This document shows positions 6,013 to 15,393 of a DNA stretch of 64,000 nucleotides, one piece after another (position 1 is the stretch's first letter; the number at the start of each line of letters is the position of its first letter). The stretch spans positions 13,014 through 77,013 of the forward strand of contig JAZQMX010000048.1 in NCBI GenBank assembly GCA_045627065.1, given 5' to 3'. The translations under genes were made by a program, and so were the position numbers. The stretch comes from Bacteroidales bacterium. GTDB taxonomy: Bacteria > Bacteroidota > Bacteroidia > Bacteroidales > F082. Under the pieces are notes generated by a model. It was not told the origin of the DNA. It did no database searches and worked only from the letters and a program-made list of their open reading frames with translations.

Positions 6013-8622
6013 TCAAATCTTCTCTCTCAGCATCTGCATAGCCTTCTGCAAGCCGTCGGCGTTGCGGCCACCGGCCACGCAGAGGGTCTTCTGTCCGCCG
6101 CCGCCGCCTTGGATTTCCTTGGCGACTTCGCGGATGGCCTTGGTGGCATCCAAGCCCTTGGCGTCAGCGTAGGTTTCAGGCAGCAGGAAGCAGAGCGAGG
6201 GCTTGCCTTCGCTGATGGAGCCGAGGATGGCGATGGTGTTCTCGTCGCGCTGCTTGAGCATCAGGGCGATGTTGCGCAGCTGGTCGCCAGTGACACTCAG
6301 CGTGTCGATGATGAGATGGCAGCCTTCGTGTTCGACGGCCTTGTCGGCGAGCTTCTCGGCGATGGCTTGAGCCTTTTCCTGCATCAGGTGTTCGACTTCC
6401 TTCTTCAAGGCTGAGTTCTGCTCGGCTAATGACTCTACGCCTTTCACCACGTCGGGCGACTTGACGGTCTCGCGGATGCGGCCCAGGAGGTCGAGATTGT
6501 CGTCGAGGTATTGCTCCACGGCTTCGCCGGTGATGGCTTCGATACGGCGGATGCCGGCAGCGATGGCGCTCTCGGCAACGATCTTGAACATGCCGATGTT
6601 ACCCGTGGCGGAGGTGTGCACGCCGCCGCAGAGCTCCATGGAGTAGTCCTTGTCGAAGATGACGATACGCACCTTGTCGCCGTATTTCTCGCCGAACAGG
6701 GCGGTGGCTCCCATAGCCTTGGCGTCGTCGATCGGGACGTCGACCATGGTGACGTTAGGGATGTTCTCGCGAATCTTCTGGTTGACGATCTTCTCCACCT
6801 GATGGATCTCTTCAGGGGTCATCTTGGCGAAGTGGCTGAAGTCGAAGCGCAGACGTTGGTCGTCGACGAGTGAGCCTTTTTGTTCCACATGGGTGCCCAG
6901 CACTTGACGCAAGGCAGCGTGCATGAGGTGGGTGGCGCTGTGGTTGTTGGCGATGCGCTGACGGCGCTCGCGGTCGATGGTAGCCGTGAAGCTGTCTTCA
7001 GGGTTCTGTGGCAGCTGCTCGGTGATATGGATGACAAGGTTATTCTCCTTGACGGTATTCATGATTTTGATGGTCTCGTTTTCGGAGACCAGCACGCCGG
7101 TGTCGCCCACCTGGCCGCCCATCTCGGCATAGAAAGGCGTGCGGTCGAGGACGATCTCGAAGTGTGTCTTCTTCTTGGCCACCACCTCGCGGAAGCGGAG
7201 GATGTGGCTCTCGCATTGCGTCTCGGTGTAGCCCACGAACTCGGTGGGTTTCTCGGTCTCGGTCACCACCACCCAGTCGCCATTGGCTTTCTCGGCAGCC
7301 TTGCGCGAGCGGTTCTTCTGCTCATCGAGGTTGGCCTTGAAGCCGTCCATATCCACGTTGAGGCCTTTTTCGTTGGCCATGAGTTGGGTGAGGTCGATAG
7401 GGAAGCCGTAGGTGTCGAACAGCTCGAAGGCGAAGTTGCCGTCGATGTCCTGACCTTGATGTTGCTCGATGTAGCCTTCAAAGCGCTTGATGCCTTGTGC
7501 GAGGGTGCGCAGGAACGAGGCTTCTTCTTCGCGGATGACCTTGCCGACGAGTTCTTGCTGAGCCTTGATCTCGGGGTAGTTGTGTTCCATCTGGCCGACG
7601 AGGATAGGCAGCAGCTTGTGGACGAAAGGCTCGTCGAAGCCGAGGAAGGTGAAGCCATAGCGCACGGCGCGACGCAGCACGCGGCGGATGACGTAGCCGG
7701 CTCCGTTGTTGGAAGGCAGCTGTCCGTCGGCGATGGCGAAGCTCACGGCGCGCAGGTGGTCAGCGATGACGCGCATGGCGACGTCGGTCTTCTCGGCCTG
7801 GCCGTAGGCGATACCCGACATCTTGGCGAGTTCCTGGATCAACGGTTGGAACACGTCGGTGTCGTAGTTCGAGGTCTTGCCTTGCAGCACGCGCACGAGT
7901 CGCTCGAAGCCCATGCCGGTATCGACATGCTTGGCGGGCAGTTCAACAAGTTGGCCGTTGGCCATGCGGTTGTATTGCATGAACACGAGGTTCCATATCT
8001 CGATGACTTGTGGGTCATCCTTGTTGACGAGGTCGCGGCCAGCGATCTTCTGGCGCTCGGCTTCGGGACGCAGGTCGATGTGGATTTCGGAGCAAGGGCC
8101 GCATGGTCCCGTCTCGCCCATCTCCCAGAAGTTGTCGTGCTTGTTGCCGTAGATGATGCGGTCTTCGCTGACGTGCTCCATCCAGTAGCCGTAGGCTTCC
8201 ATGTCAGCAGGCTGGCCGTCCTTTTCGTCGCCGCCATAAACGGTGACGTAGAGTTTGTCCTTGTCAATCTTCACCACCTCGGTGAGGTATTCCCAAGCGT
8301 AGGCGATGGCTTCTTTCTTGAAGTAGTCGCCGAAACTCCAATTGCCGAGCATCTCGAACATGGTGTGGTGATAGGTGTCGTGGCCCACCTCTTCAAGGTC
8401 GTTGTGCTTGCCCGAGACGCGGAGGCACTTCTGCGTGTCGGAAGCGCGTTTCCATTTGGCAGGCTGGTTGCCCAAGAAGATGTCCTTGAATTGGTTCATG
8501 CCCGCGTTGGTGAACATGAGGGTAGGGTCGTTCTTCACGACGATAGGTGCCGATGGCACTATGGTGTGTTCCTTGGAACGGAAGAAGTCCAAGAAGCTGT
8601 TTCTGATTTCGTATGCGTTCAT
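6013..8622 (-). CDS. alaS: Alanine--tRNA ligase
   Basis: 869 aa, starting MNAYEIRNSFLDFFRSKEHTIVPSAPIV. It has class II AlaRS motifs, the editing-domain HxxxH (HSATHLMHAAL) and a C-terminal DHHA1-like GGGGG region. Confidence 0.97.
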   Translation of the reverse strand: MNAYEIRNSFLDFFRSKEHTIVPSAPIVVKNDPTLMFTNAGMNQFKDIFLGNQPAKWKRASDTQKCLRVSGKHNDLEEVGHDTYHHTMFEMLGNWSFGDYFKKEAIAYAWEYLTEVVKIDKDKLYVTVYGGDEKDGQPADMEAYGYWMEHVSEDRIIYGNKHDNFWEMGETGPCGPCSEIHIDLRPEAERQKIAGRDLVNKDDPQVIEIWNLVFMQYNRMANGQLVELPAKHVDTGMGFERLVRVLQGKTSNYDTDVFQPLIQELAKMSGIAYGQAEKTDVAMRVIADHLRAVSFAIADGQLPSNNGAGYVIRRVLRRAVRYGFTFLGFDEPFVHKLLPILVGQMEHNYPEIKAQQELVGKVIREEEASFLRTLAQGIKRFEGYIEQHQGQDIDGNFAFELFDTYGFPIDLTQLMANEKGLNVDMDGFKANLDEQKNRSRKAAEKANGDWVVVTETEKPTEFVGYTETQCESHILRFREVVAKKKTHFEIVLDRTPFYAEMGGQVGDTGVLVSENETIKIMNTVKENNLVIHITEQLPQNPEDSFTATIDRERRQRIANNHSATHLMHAALRQVLGTHVEQKGSLVDDQRLRFDFSHFAKMTPEEIHQVEKIVNQKIRENIPNVTMVDVPIDDAKAMGATALFGEKYGDKVRIVIFDKDYSMELCGGVHTSATGNIGMFKIVAESAIAAGIRRIEAITGEAVEQYLDDNLDLLGRIRETVKSPDVVKGVESLAEQNSALKKEVEHLMQEKAQAIAEKLADKAVEHEGCHLIIDTLSVTGDQLRNIALMLKQRDENTIAILGSISEGKPSLCFLLPETYADAKGLDATKAIREVAKEIQGGGGGQKTLCVAGGRNADGLQKAMQMLREKI

Positions 8623-8807
8623 TTTATGTTGTATTTTTATGCTATCAAGAGAGTTTCCGTTTCGCTTTGCTCAGGAATGGAGTGCGTTTTTTCAGTGAAA
8701 GACGGCGGTTATCACTGTATTCTATAGATTGAATTAGTCACCGTCGCAGAACAAATCTACAATGCACTCCATTCCGCCGTGTGGCGGAACCTTATTAAAA
8801 AAGTGTG

Positions 8808-8815
8808 CAAAAGTA
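8808..8815 (-). promoter_or_regulatory. -7 box (TACTTTTG) upstream of the alaS leader
   Basis: The reverse complement of caaaagta matches TAnnTTTG. It implies a 5' leader of about 180 nt before the alaS ATG (8622). Confidence 0.4.
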
Positions 8816-8836
8816 CGATTATTTGGCCGAATTCTG

Positions 8837-8844
8837 TAATTTTG
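8837..8844 (+). promoter_or_regulatory. -7 box (TAATTTTG) for the M23 peptidase gene
   Basis: Matches TAnnTTTG. It lies 50 nt upstream of the ATG at 8895. Confidence 0.5.
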
Positions 8845-8894
8845 CGCAATAGAATTTGTCGTATCTCGTTTATTACAGGTTAAAAAAGACAAAA

Positions 8895-9863
8895 ATGGCA
8901 AAGCAGAAGTACATATTCAACCCAAAGACGCTCGCTTTTGAAGTGTTCCAAATCTCGACAGCAAGAAAGGTGGGACGCATCGTGCTCGTCACCTTGTCGG
9001 TGATAGGCATGGCTTTCCTGTTTGCCATCTTGCTGTTCACCTTCTTCAAGTCGCCAAACGAGAAGATCCAGGCGCGTGAGCTGGAATACATGAAGCTGCA
9101 GTACGACATCCTCAACGACAGGATGGACCTCTACGAAGCCGAGTTGGCCGATTTGGAGCAGCGCGACAACGACATCTATCGTGTCATCTTCGATGCGGAG
9201 CCTATCCCTAGTGCCAAACGCCGGCTGGGCTTCCCGAATGTCAACCGCTATGCCAGTCTGGATGGCTACCGCAACTCTGAGCAGGTGATGGCCGTTTCGC
9301 AAAAGTTGGATAGGATTGCGAGCCAACTGTATTATCAATCGGTGTCATACGACGAGGTCTTCGAGCTGGCCCGCAATAAGGAGGATATGCTGGCTCATAT
9401 CCCAGCCATCATGCCGCTGAGGGTCGATGACGTGAAATACATCTCTTCCTTCTTCGGCTATCGCCCTGACCCCATCTACAATATAGAGAAATTCCACAGC
9501 GGCATCGACTTCTCCACTACCTTGAATACCGAGGTCTATGCCACGGGCGATGGGGTCGTGGATGTTGACAAGACGCAATGGGGTTATGGCAACCTGGTGA
9601 CCATCGACCACGGCTATGGCTACAAGTCGCTGTATGCCCACCTCAACGGCTTCGCCGTGCGGAAGGGACAGAAGGTGAAACGCGGTCAGCTGATAGGCTA
9701 TGCTGGCACGACGGGCAAATCGACGGGCGTCCACGTGCACTACGAGCTGCATAAGGATGACGTGGCTATCGACCCGATACACTTCTTTTTCAACGATTTG
9801 ACTCCCGACCAATACGAACAGATTCTCGAACAGTCAACTTTGCCAACGAAAACAATGGACTAA
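8895..9863 (+). CDS. M23 family metallopeptidase (LytM-like), membrane-anchored
   Basis: Motifs HSGIDF and GVHVHYELHKD, with an N-terminal TM segment (VLVTLSVIGMAFLFAILLFTFF). The start is moved from the track's TTG (8856) to the ATG at 8895 (MAKQKY). Confidence 0.9.
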   Translation: MAKQKYIFNPKTLAFEVFQISTARKVGRIVLVTLSVIGMAFLFAILLFTFFKSPNEKIQARELEYMKLQYDILNDRMDLYEAELADLEQRDNDIYRVIFDAEPIPSAKRRLGFPNVNRYASLDGYRNSEQVMAVSQKLDRIASQLYYQSVSYDEVFELARNKEDMLAHIPAIMPLRVDDVKYISSFFGYRPDPIYNIEKFHSGIDFSTTLNTEVYATGDGVVDVDKTQWGYGNLVTIDHGYGYKSLYAHLNGFAVRKGQKVKRGQLIGYAGTTGKSTGVHVHYELHKDDVAIDPIHFFFNDLTPDQYEQILEQSTLPTKTMD

Positions 9864-9865
9864 CT

Positions 9866-10225
9866 ATGGAAGAGGCTAAAACCACAGGAAAATTTTACTA
9901 CAGCATCGGCGAAGTGGCCGATATGTTTGGCGTAAACACCTCGATGATACGCTATTGGGAAAAGGAATTCGACGTGTTGCGTCCGCGCAAGAACAAGAAG
10001 GGCAACCGACTTTTCACCGAGCGTGACGTGCGTTATGTGCATGTCATCTATCATCTGCTGAAGGTGAAAGGCTATACCTTGGCGGGTGCCAAGATGGCGC
10101 TGAAAGAGAAGTTCAGCGACTACGAGGAACGTATCATCATGCTCGAGACCCTCGAGAAGACCCGTGGCTTCCTGGTGGATTTAGATAAGACCCTCGCTGA
10201 GAAGGGGAAGGCTGTGAAGGCTTAA
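9866..10225 (+). CDS. MerR family transcriptional regulator
   Basis: YSIGEVADMFGVNTSMIRYWEKEF...LFTERDVRYVHVIYHLL is a MerR-type HTH signature. Confidence 0.85.
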   Translation: MEEAKTTGKFYYSIGEVADMFGVNTSMIRYWEKEFDVLRPRKNKKGNRLFTERDVRYVHVIYHLLKVKGYTLAGAKMALKEKFSDYEERIIMLETLEKTRGFLVDLDKTLAEKGKAVKA

Positions 10226-11283
10226 TCCTCGCTCAAATCCCTTGCTTTCATGTAATTTCTCCACTTCTCCAGCACCTGCACCATGTCGTCAGGTAGCTCG
10301 GAGGTGAACATCATTTGCTTGCCTGTGGTGGGATGGACGAAGCCCAGCTCCTTGGCGTGCAGCGAGTGACGTGGGATGATCTTGAAGCAGTTGTCGATGA
10401 ACTGCTTGTATTTCGAGAAGGTGGTGCCTTTCAAGATGACGTCGCCACCATACATGACATCGTTGAAGAGCGGATGCCCGATGTATTGCGAGTGCACACG
10501 GATCTGGTGGGTGCGTCCCGTCTCCAAACGGTATTCGTTCAGCGTGACGTAGCCGAAGCGTTCCAGCACCTTCCAGTGGGTGATGGCGTCCTTGCCGTGG
10601 TTGCCTTCGGGATAGACGGCCATCTTGCGGCGGTCGTTGGCGCTGCGCCCTATGTTGCCCTCGATGACGCCTTCGTCTTCAGCAAAGTCTCCCCACACCA
10701 AGGCGTAGTAACGGCGGTGTATGCTGTGCTCGAAGAACTGGTGGGCGAGGATGGCTTGCGCGGCTTCGTTCTTGGCCACAATCATCAAGCCAGTGGTGTC
10801 CTTATCGATACGATGGACGAGGTAGCCGAACTTGTTCTCCACGTTTTGGTGGGTCTGCTCGAAGTGATAGGCCAAGCCGTTGAGCAGGGTGCCGTCGAAG
10901 TTGCCGTGACCGGGGTGGACCACCAATCCGGCTTGCTTGTTGACGACGATGATGTCGTCATCTTCATAGACGATGTTGAGCGGTATCTGCTGCGGCTTGA
11001 TGTCGGTCTCGCGTGGCGGATAGCTGAACACGATGCTGATCACGTCGTTGGGCTTCACCTTATAGTTCTGCTTCACCGCCTTGTCGTTCACCAGGATGTT
11101 GCCAGCCTTGGCGGCGTTCTGCACGCGGTTGCGCGAGATGTTCTGTATGTGGTTGGTCAGGAAGGTGTCGATGCGTTCCATCTGCTGGCCTTTATCGACC
11201 ACGATGCGGATATGTTCGTAAAGCTCGCCGCCTTCTTCTTCGGCAAGGTCGTTTTCAAGGATATCTTCGAGTTCTTCGCTCAT
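10222..11283 (-). CDS. rluD: RluA-family 23S rRNA pseudouridine synthase (RluD-like)
   Basis: An S4 domain (RIDTFLTNHI...) and the catalytic motif HRIDKDTTGLMIVAKN. Confidence 0.9.
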   Translation of the reverse strand: MSEELEDILENDLAEEEGGELYEHIRIVVDKGQQMERIDTFLTNHIQNISRNRVQNAAKAGNILVNDKAVKQNYKVKPNDVISIVFSYPPRETDIKPQQIPLNIVYEDDDIIVVNKQAGLVVHPGHGNFDGTLLNGLAYHFEQTHQNVENKFGYLVHRIDKDTTGLMIVAKNEAAQAILAHQFFEHSIHRRYYALVWGDFAEDEGVIEGNIGRSANDRRKMAVYPEGNHGKDAITHWKVLERFGYVTLNEYRLETGRTHQIRVHSQYIGHPLFNDVMYGGDVILKGTTFSKYKQFIDNCFKIIPRHSLHAKELGFVHPTTGKQMMFTSELPDDMVQVLEKWRNYMKARDLSED

Positions 11284-13388
11284 TTGCTGATGATGAATTT
11301 TTGGGTGAACACTTGTCCTTCTGTGGTGGTGACGTTGATGAAATACATGCCGTCAGTGAAGTCGGCGACCGAAATCTCGTCTGCGAAGCTGCTTTGATAG
11401 ACGCGTTTGCCGGTCAGGTCGTAGATGCTGATTTGGCTGGTCTGGCCGTTCGTCAATCCGCTGATGTGCAGCGTGCTGCTGACTGGGTTGGGGTAGAGGC
11501 TCATCTGCTCGGTTTCGGCTTCGTCGAGACCGATGTAGTATGACTTTCCGACGACTGGACGTATCATCAACGTGCCTTTCATCTGGCTGGGCATCCAAGC
11601 GCCGTTCACATTGTAGAAGCAGTATTGGCTGTTGTCGGTGGAGGCATCGAAGCCGATGTTGATGAGGCCGCCGCTTTGCTGCACCAAGCCGATGTAGAAG
11701 GTGCCGCTGAGCATAGGACCGTTGTCGAATTTATAGTAGGCGAAACGGTAGGGCTGTCCTTCGTCCCATTCGGGGCGTTGGTTAGGGAAGCGGTAGATTA
11801 CTTCGCCTGGCTTGCCGTTTTGGTCTTTCCAGATGACGATGTCGAAATATTTCAGGTTGGCGTCGTGCAAGGTGCGGTTGAAGAGCAGCTGCACACCGCA
11901 TATCTTCTCGGGTTGTGCCATCTCGAAACGCATGGCGAATTGTCCGTTGGCGGGTTCCACGCCGTAGCCCATCTCGGGGATGCCGTCGTCGTAGGCAAAG
12001 TAGTTATAGAAGCCTTGACGATATACCATCGAGTCAACCAAAGGCGGGTTGCAGGTGGAGTCGTAGATGTAGTGCTTGATGAGGTAGGAGGCGCTGTCGA
12101 GCATCGGGTCGAGGGCGAAGAGCTGGCCGACGTAAGGGCAGGCTGGCGACTCGCCCGTCTCGGGGCAGTTCAAGAATCCCGACTGCAGGTATGGATTGAC
12201 GGCTACGGCGTCGAGATGACGCTCGTAGTATTGGCCGCCGTTGACTTGCTGCACGCTATAATAATAGGTGGCGTAGTGTGCTTCCTTGTCGAGGTTGGCC
12301 ACATCGAGTGCGATCTGTTCCTTGATGAACGAGCTGGGGTTGATGCGGTATTGGCTGTAAGGCACGGCTTGGTAGCGGTTGAGGAAACTCGGTCTTTGGC
12401 CCGAGAAGGTCAGCATCGGGTAGCTGAGGTCGGCGACGGTGCGGTTCATGTCGAGATACACCATGTCGATGTTCCAGTTGTCTTCGTTGCCACGGTTGCT
12501 AGGCAGCGAGGAGCTGACGATGCTGGCGTAGTTGTAGAAGCGGAAATAGAAACAGTCCTTGAAATACTGCAGGTCGTTGATGGGTATCATCACTTGCTTG
12601 AAGCTCTGGTTGTCGTTGTCGGCCATGAAGGCTTCGAGGGTCTGACCGGGTGTGCTCCAGATGTGGTGCCAGGTGGTGTCGGCCACGGTGGCGAACACCG
12701 AGTCGCAAGGGATGGCGATGCTGCCAGCGGTGATGTGGGTGAGCGTGTCGGTGATGATGTAATACATGTTGGGGTTACAGCCGCCGAAAGCCCACACAGT
12801 GTCGCCAGGGAAGAGGGTGTCGACTTGCATGTGTTCGAAGATCTCGGCCATGCTGAAGCTGTTGTATTCGATGTATTGGAACTCTTGGCGTTCGGTGGTG
12901 GTGCCGAATTCGAGCACCAACGAGTCTTGTGACTCGGGTGGGTTGCCGTTGCCTTGTGGCTGGTAGCAGAAGCTGAAATACAGCGAGTCGGCAGGGGTGA
13001 GGGCGCGTGGCGTGGGCTCGAAGATGGAGTCGAGACGGATGCGTGCCGAGGTGAGGTGCTCTGCGACGAAGGCGTTGCTGATGGCGTATTCATAGACGCG
13101 GCCATGGGCGTCGAGGACGTCGAGGGTGGCAGCGTTGCGGTTGGGTGCCTGGAAGGGGAAGCCGTCGTTCACCAAGACGTTGTCGTCGGTCCATTTGGTT
13201 TGGTCGGGATAGACTGCCGAATGAGCGAAGTCGTCGAAGAAAGGCAAGGTGATGGCTTGCACTGCACTCTTTCCGGCCTTGTTGCCAGGCTCGCGTTGTA
13301 TGCCGGTCAAAATCTCTTGCGCCATGGCGGTCCCTGAGAGGGCCATCATGGCTATCGCTAATGATAATATCTTAAAATTCGTCTTCAT
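11280..13388 (-). CDS. Secreted protein of unknown function with a T9SS C-terminal sorting domain
   Basis: The signal peptide is MKTNFKILSLAIAMMALSGTAMAQ. The C-terminus (LYPNPVSSTLHISG...IYDLTGKRVYQ...GMYFINVTT...FIISK) is a Por-secretion tail. It overlaps rluD by ATGA and the PASTA gene by 17 nt. Confidence 0.8.
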   Translation of the reverse strand: MKTNFKILSLAIAMMALSGTAMAQEILTGIQREPGNKAGKSAVQAITLPFFDDFAHSAVYPDQTKWTDDNVLVNDGFPFQAPNRNAATLDVLDAHGRVYEYAISNAFVAEHLTSARIRLDSIFEPTPRALTPADSLYFSFCYQPQGNGNPPESQDSLVLEFGTTTERQEFQYIEYNSFSMAEIFEHMQVDTLFPGDTVWAFGGCNPNMYYIITDTLTHITAGSIAIPCDSVFATVADTTWHHIWSTPGQTLEAFMADNDNQSFKQVMIPINDLQYFKDCFYFRFYNYASIVSSSLPSNRGNEDNWNIDMVYLDMNRTVADLSYPMLTFSGQRPSFLNRYQAVPYSQYRINPSSFIKEQIALDVANLDKEAHYATYYYSVQQVNGGQYYERHLDAVAVNPYLQSGFLNCPETGESPACPYVGQLFALDPMLDSASYLIKHYIYDSTCNPPLVDSMVYRQGFYNYFAYDDGIPEMGYGVEPANGQFAMRFEMAQPEKICGVQLLFNRTLHDANLKYFDIVIWKDQNGKPGEVIYRFPNQRPEWDEGQPYRFAYYKFDNGPMLSGTFYIGLVQQSGGLINIGFDASTDNSQYCFYNVNGAWMPSQMKGTLMIRPVVGKSYYIGLDEAETEQMSLYPNPVSSTLHISGLTNGQTSQISIYDLTGKRVYQSSFADEISVADFTDGMYFINVTTTEGQVFTQKFIISK

Positions 13389-14268
13389 ATTCTATGTCGG
13401 TTGTTTCGATGGTTTCAGGATCTATGGAGTCATTCTCAGGCTCTATCGGCTCTGGTGGATTGTTGACGGAGTCTTCACGCAGCAGGTTTTGCATCTCCTT
13501 GTCGAAGTCGAAGGTCTTCCCCGAATGGTACCAGAGGTCGACGTAGGACCCTAATTCGATGAGGCCTTTGCTAGGACCAGGCACCATCTTGATGATGCGT
13601 TGGTATTGTATGCTGTCGTTGTCTTCATAGTTGATCTTGCCGACGTTCAGTCCGGCGAGGTTCAGCAGGTGCTGGGCATCGATGGCGGGCTTGCCGATCA
13701 GGTTAGGCATCTTCACCTTCGTCAGTTCTTGGCCCTTGCCGACATAGAGAACGACTTTGCTGCCTTTCACGAGTTCGGTCTCGGGCTTGATGATGGAGCC
13801 TTTGTAGTACTGCTCGATGATGGCGTTCTTGGCGAAATACTCCACATATTCGAGATGATCTACTTCCAAGCCTCGGGCATCCAAAAGGCCGATGGCTTGC
13901 CTCAGCGACAGGTTCTTGAGGTTCGGCATGGTGGTCATCTCGGGCGTCTCGGCCACGATGATGTAATACACGTTGCGACCCTTCTTGATCTTCGATCCCG
14001 GCAAGGGGTCTTGCTGCACGATAGAGCCTGGCTCCTGACCTTTAGGATAGATGCTGTCGATGAGGATGAAGTTGAAGTCTCTTGAATACTCGCGTTCCAC
14101 TTCGTGATAGTCAAGTCCGATGAAACAAGGCATGGTGTAGACCTTGTCGTGTCGTGTATAGACTTTGAGTATCCTGAATGTCAGCCATAAAAGGACTAAA
14201 GACAGGAGGATGATGATAATCAGGTTGACGTAAAATTTCTTTTGCTTCAAGAAGGATAATTTACCCAT
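13372..14268 (-). CDS. PASTA domain-containing membrane protein
   Basis: An N-terminal TM segment (VNLIIIILLSLVLLWL) and repeated PASTA-like units (MPNLKNLSLRQAIGLLDARGLEV; MPNLIGKPAIDAQHLLNLAGLNV). Confidence 0.8.
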   Translation of the reverse strand: MGKLSFLKQKKFYVNLIIIILLSLVLLWLTFRILKVYTRHDKVYTMPCFIGLDYHEVEREYSRDFNFILIDSIYPKGQEPGSIVQQDPLPGSKIKKGRNVYYIIVAETPEMTTMPNLKNLSLRQAIGLLDARGLEVDHLEYVEYFAKNAIIEQYYKGSIIKPETELVKGSKVVLYVGKGQELTKVKMPNLIGKPAIDAQHLLNLAGLNVGKINYEDNDSIQYQRIIKMVPGPSKGLIELGSYVDLWYHSGKTFDFDKEMQNLLREDSVNNPPEPIEPENDSIDPETIETTDIEYEDEF

Positions 14269-14275
14269 ACTTTAC

Positions 14276-14283
14276 TAAATTTG
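14276..14283 (+). promoter_or_regulatory. -7 box (TAAATTTG) for ddl
   Basis: Matches TAnnTTTG. It lies 86 nt upstream of the ddl ATG. Confidence 0.4.
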
Positions 14284-14337
14284 CGGCGTTATTTAAACTC
14301 GATTTGAGTGCTTTTATTGTTAGCTAATTTAAACCGA

Positions 14338-14345
14338 CAAAAATA
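14338..14345 (-). promoter_or_regulatory. -7 box (TATTTTTG) for the PASTA/T9SS/rluD operon
   Basis: The reverse complement of caaaaata. It lies 70 nt upstream of the ATG at 14268. Confidence 0.4.
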
Positions 14346-14368
14346 GGAAAAAATCAAATATTCTCTAT

Positions 14369-15343
14369 ATGAAAAATGTAGCAATTATCTGTGGTGGCGA
14401 TTCCGGTGAGTTTGAGATCTCAGTGAATAGTGCCCGAGTGGTGAAAAAGAATCTGAATGCAGAAAAATATCTGTCTTATATTCTGGTGGTTTCGAAGAAA
14501 GGCTGGTATGGCCTCCTGGACGACGGAACGCATGTCGATATCGATAAGAACGACTTCTCCATCTGTGTCGATGGCAAGAAGGTGAAGTTCGACGTGGCTT
14601 TCAATGCCGTCCATGGCGTGCCGGGTGAGAATGGCCCTCTGTCGGGCTATCTCGAGCTGATGGGCATCCCTTGCACTTCGTCCGACCTGACCACTTGCGC
14701 CCTGACCTTCCACAAGGATTTCTGCAAGCGCGTGGTGGCCTCCTACGACGTCAACGTGTCGCCTTCCATTTTGGTGAACGAAGGTGAGGGCTATGATGCC
14801 GAGGAGATCGTCGAGGAACTGGGTCTGCCTTTGTTCATCAAGCCGACATGCAATGGCTCAAGCGTGGGCGTTTCGAAGGTGAAGACGATGGAGCAGTTTG
14901 TCCCAGCCATGGAAACGGCGATGGCAGCTGGCGGTCAGGTGATGTGCGAGAAGTTCGTCAGTGGCCGTGAGTTCGGCTGCGGTGCCATGAAATACGATGG
15001 CAAGATGATGGTCTTCCCGCTGACCGAGATTTGCTCCAAGAACGAGTTCTTCGATTACGAAGCCAAATATACTGCCGGCAAATGCGACGAAATCACGCCT
15101 GCCGAAGTCGACGAGGAGATTGAAATCGAGATCAAGGCGACGACAGCTATGTTGTACGACAAGCTGGAGTGCAAGGGCTTCGTGCGCATGGATTACATCG
15201 TCAGCGACGAAGGCGTGTTCTTCATCGAAGCCAACATCGTTCCGGGCATGTCGGAGGCGAGCATCATTCCGGCTCAGGCACGCTGCTTCGGCCTTACGCT
15301 CGAGAAGCTGTTTGGCATGGCCATCGAGAATGTACTGAAATAA
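14369..15343 (+). CDS. ddl: D-alanine--D-alanine ligase
   Basis: 324 aa with an ATP-grasp fold. Signatures include NAVHGVPGENGPLSGYLELMGIP and FIEANIVPGMSEASIIP. Confidence 0.93.
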   Translation: MKNVAIICGGDSGEFEISVNSARVVKKNLNAEKYLSYILVVSKKGWYGLLDDGTHVDIDKNDFSICVDGKKVKFDVAFNAVHGVPGENGPLSGYLELMGIPCTSSDLTTCALTFHKDFCKRVVASYDVNVSPSILVNEGEGYDAEEIVEELGLPLFIKPTCNGSSVGVSKVKTMEQFVPAMETAMAAGGQVMCEKFVSGREFGCGAMKYDGKMMVFPLTEICSKNEFFDYEAKYTAGKCDEITPAEVDEEIEIEIKATTAMLYDKLECKGFVRMDYIVSDEGVFFIEANIVPGMSEASIIPAQARCFGLTLEKLFGMAIENVLK

Positions 15344-15376
15344 AAAAACGGGGCCTGGCAAGGTCCCGTTTTTTAA
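15343..15376. terminator. Bidirectional intrinsic terminator between ddl and frr
   Basis: aaaaaaCGGGGCCtggcaaGGTCCCGtttttt is a 7-bp stem with one G-T pair, flanked by A6 and T6. Confidence 0.75.
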
Positions 15377-15393
15377 TGATCTTCTCTCCCAAA

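Noticed and set aside
6880-8727. A 615-aa plus-strand ORF covering most of the alaS locus.
   Set aside because: It is antisense to a confidently identified alaS. The protein is low-complexity and rich in V, G, A, L, D and E, with no recognisable motifs. This is the typical stop-free antisense frame of a GC-rich, codon-biased gene.
10315-12932. Long plus-strand ORFs (360 aa and 435 aa) over rluD and the T9SS cargo gene.
   Set aside because: They are antisense to genes with clear motifs, signal peptide and Por tail. Their sequences are repetitive in V, G, D, A and H.
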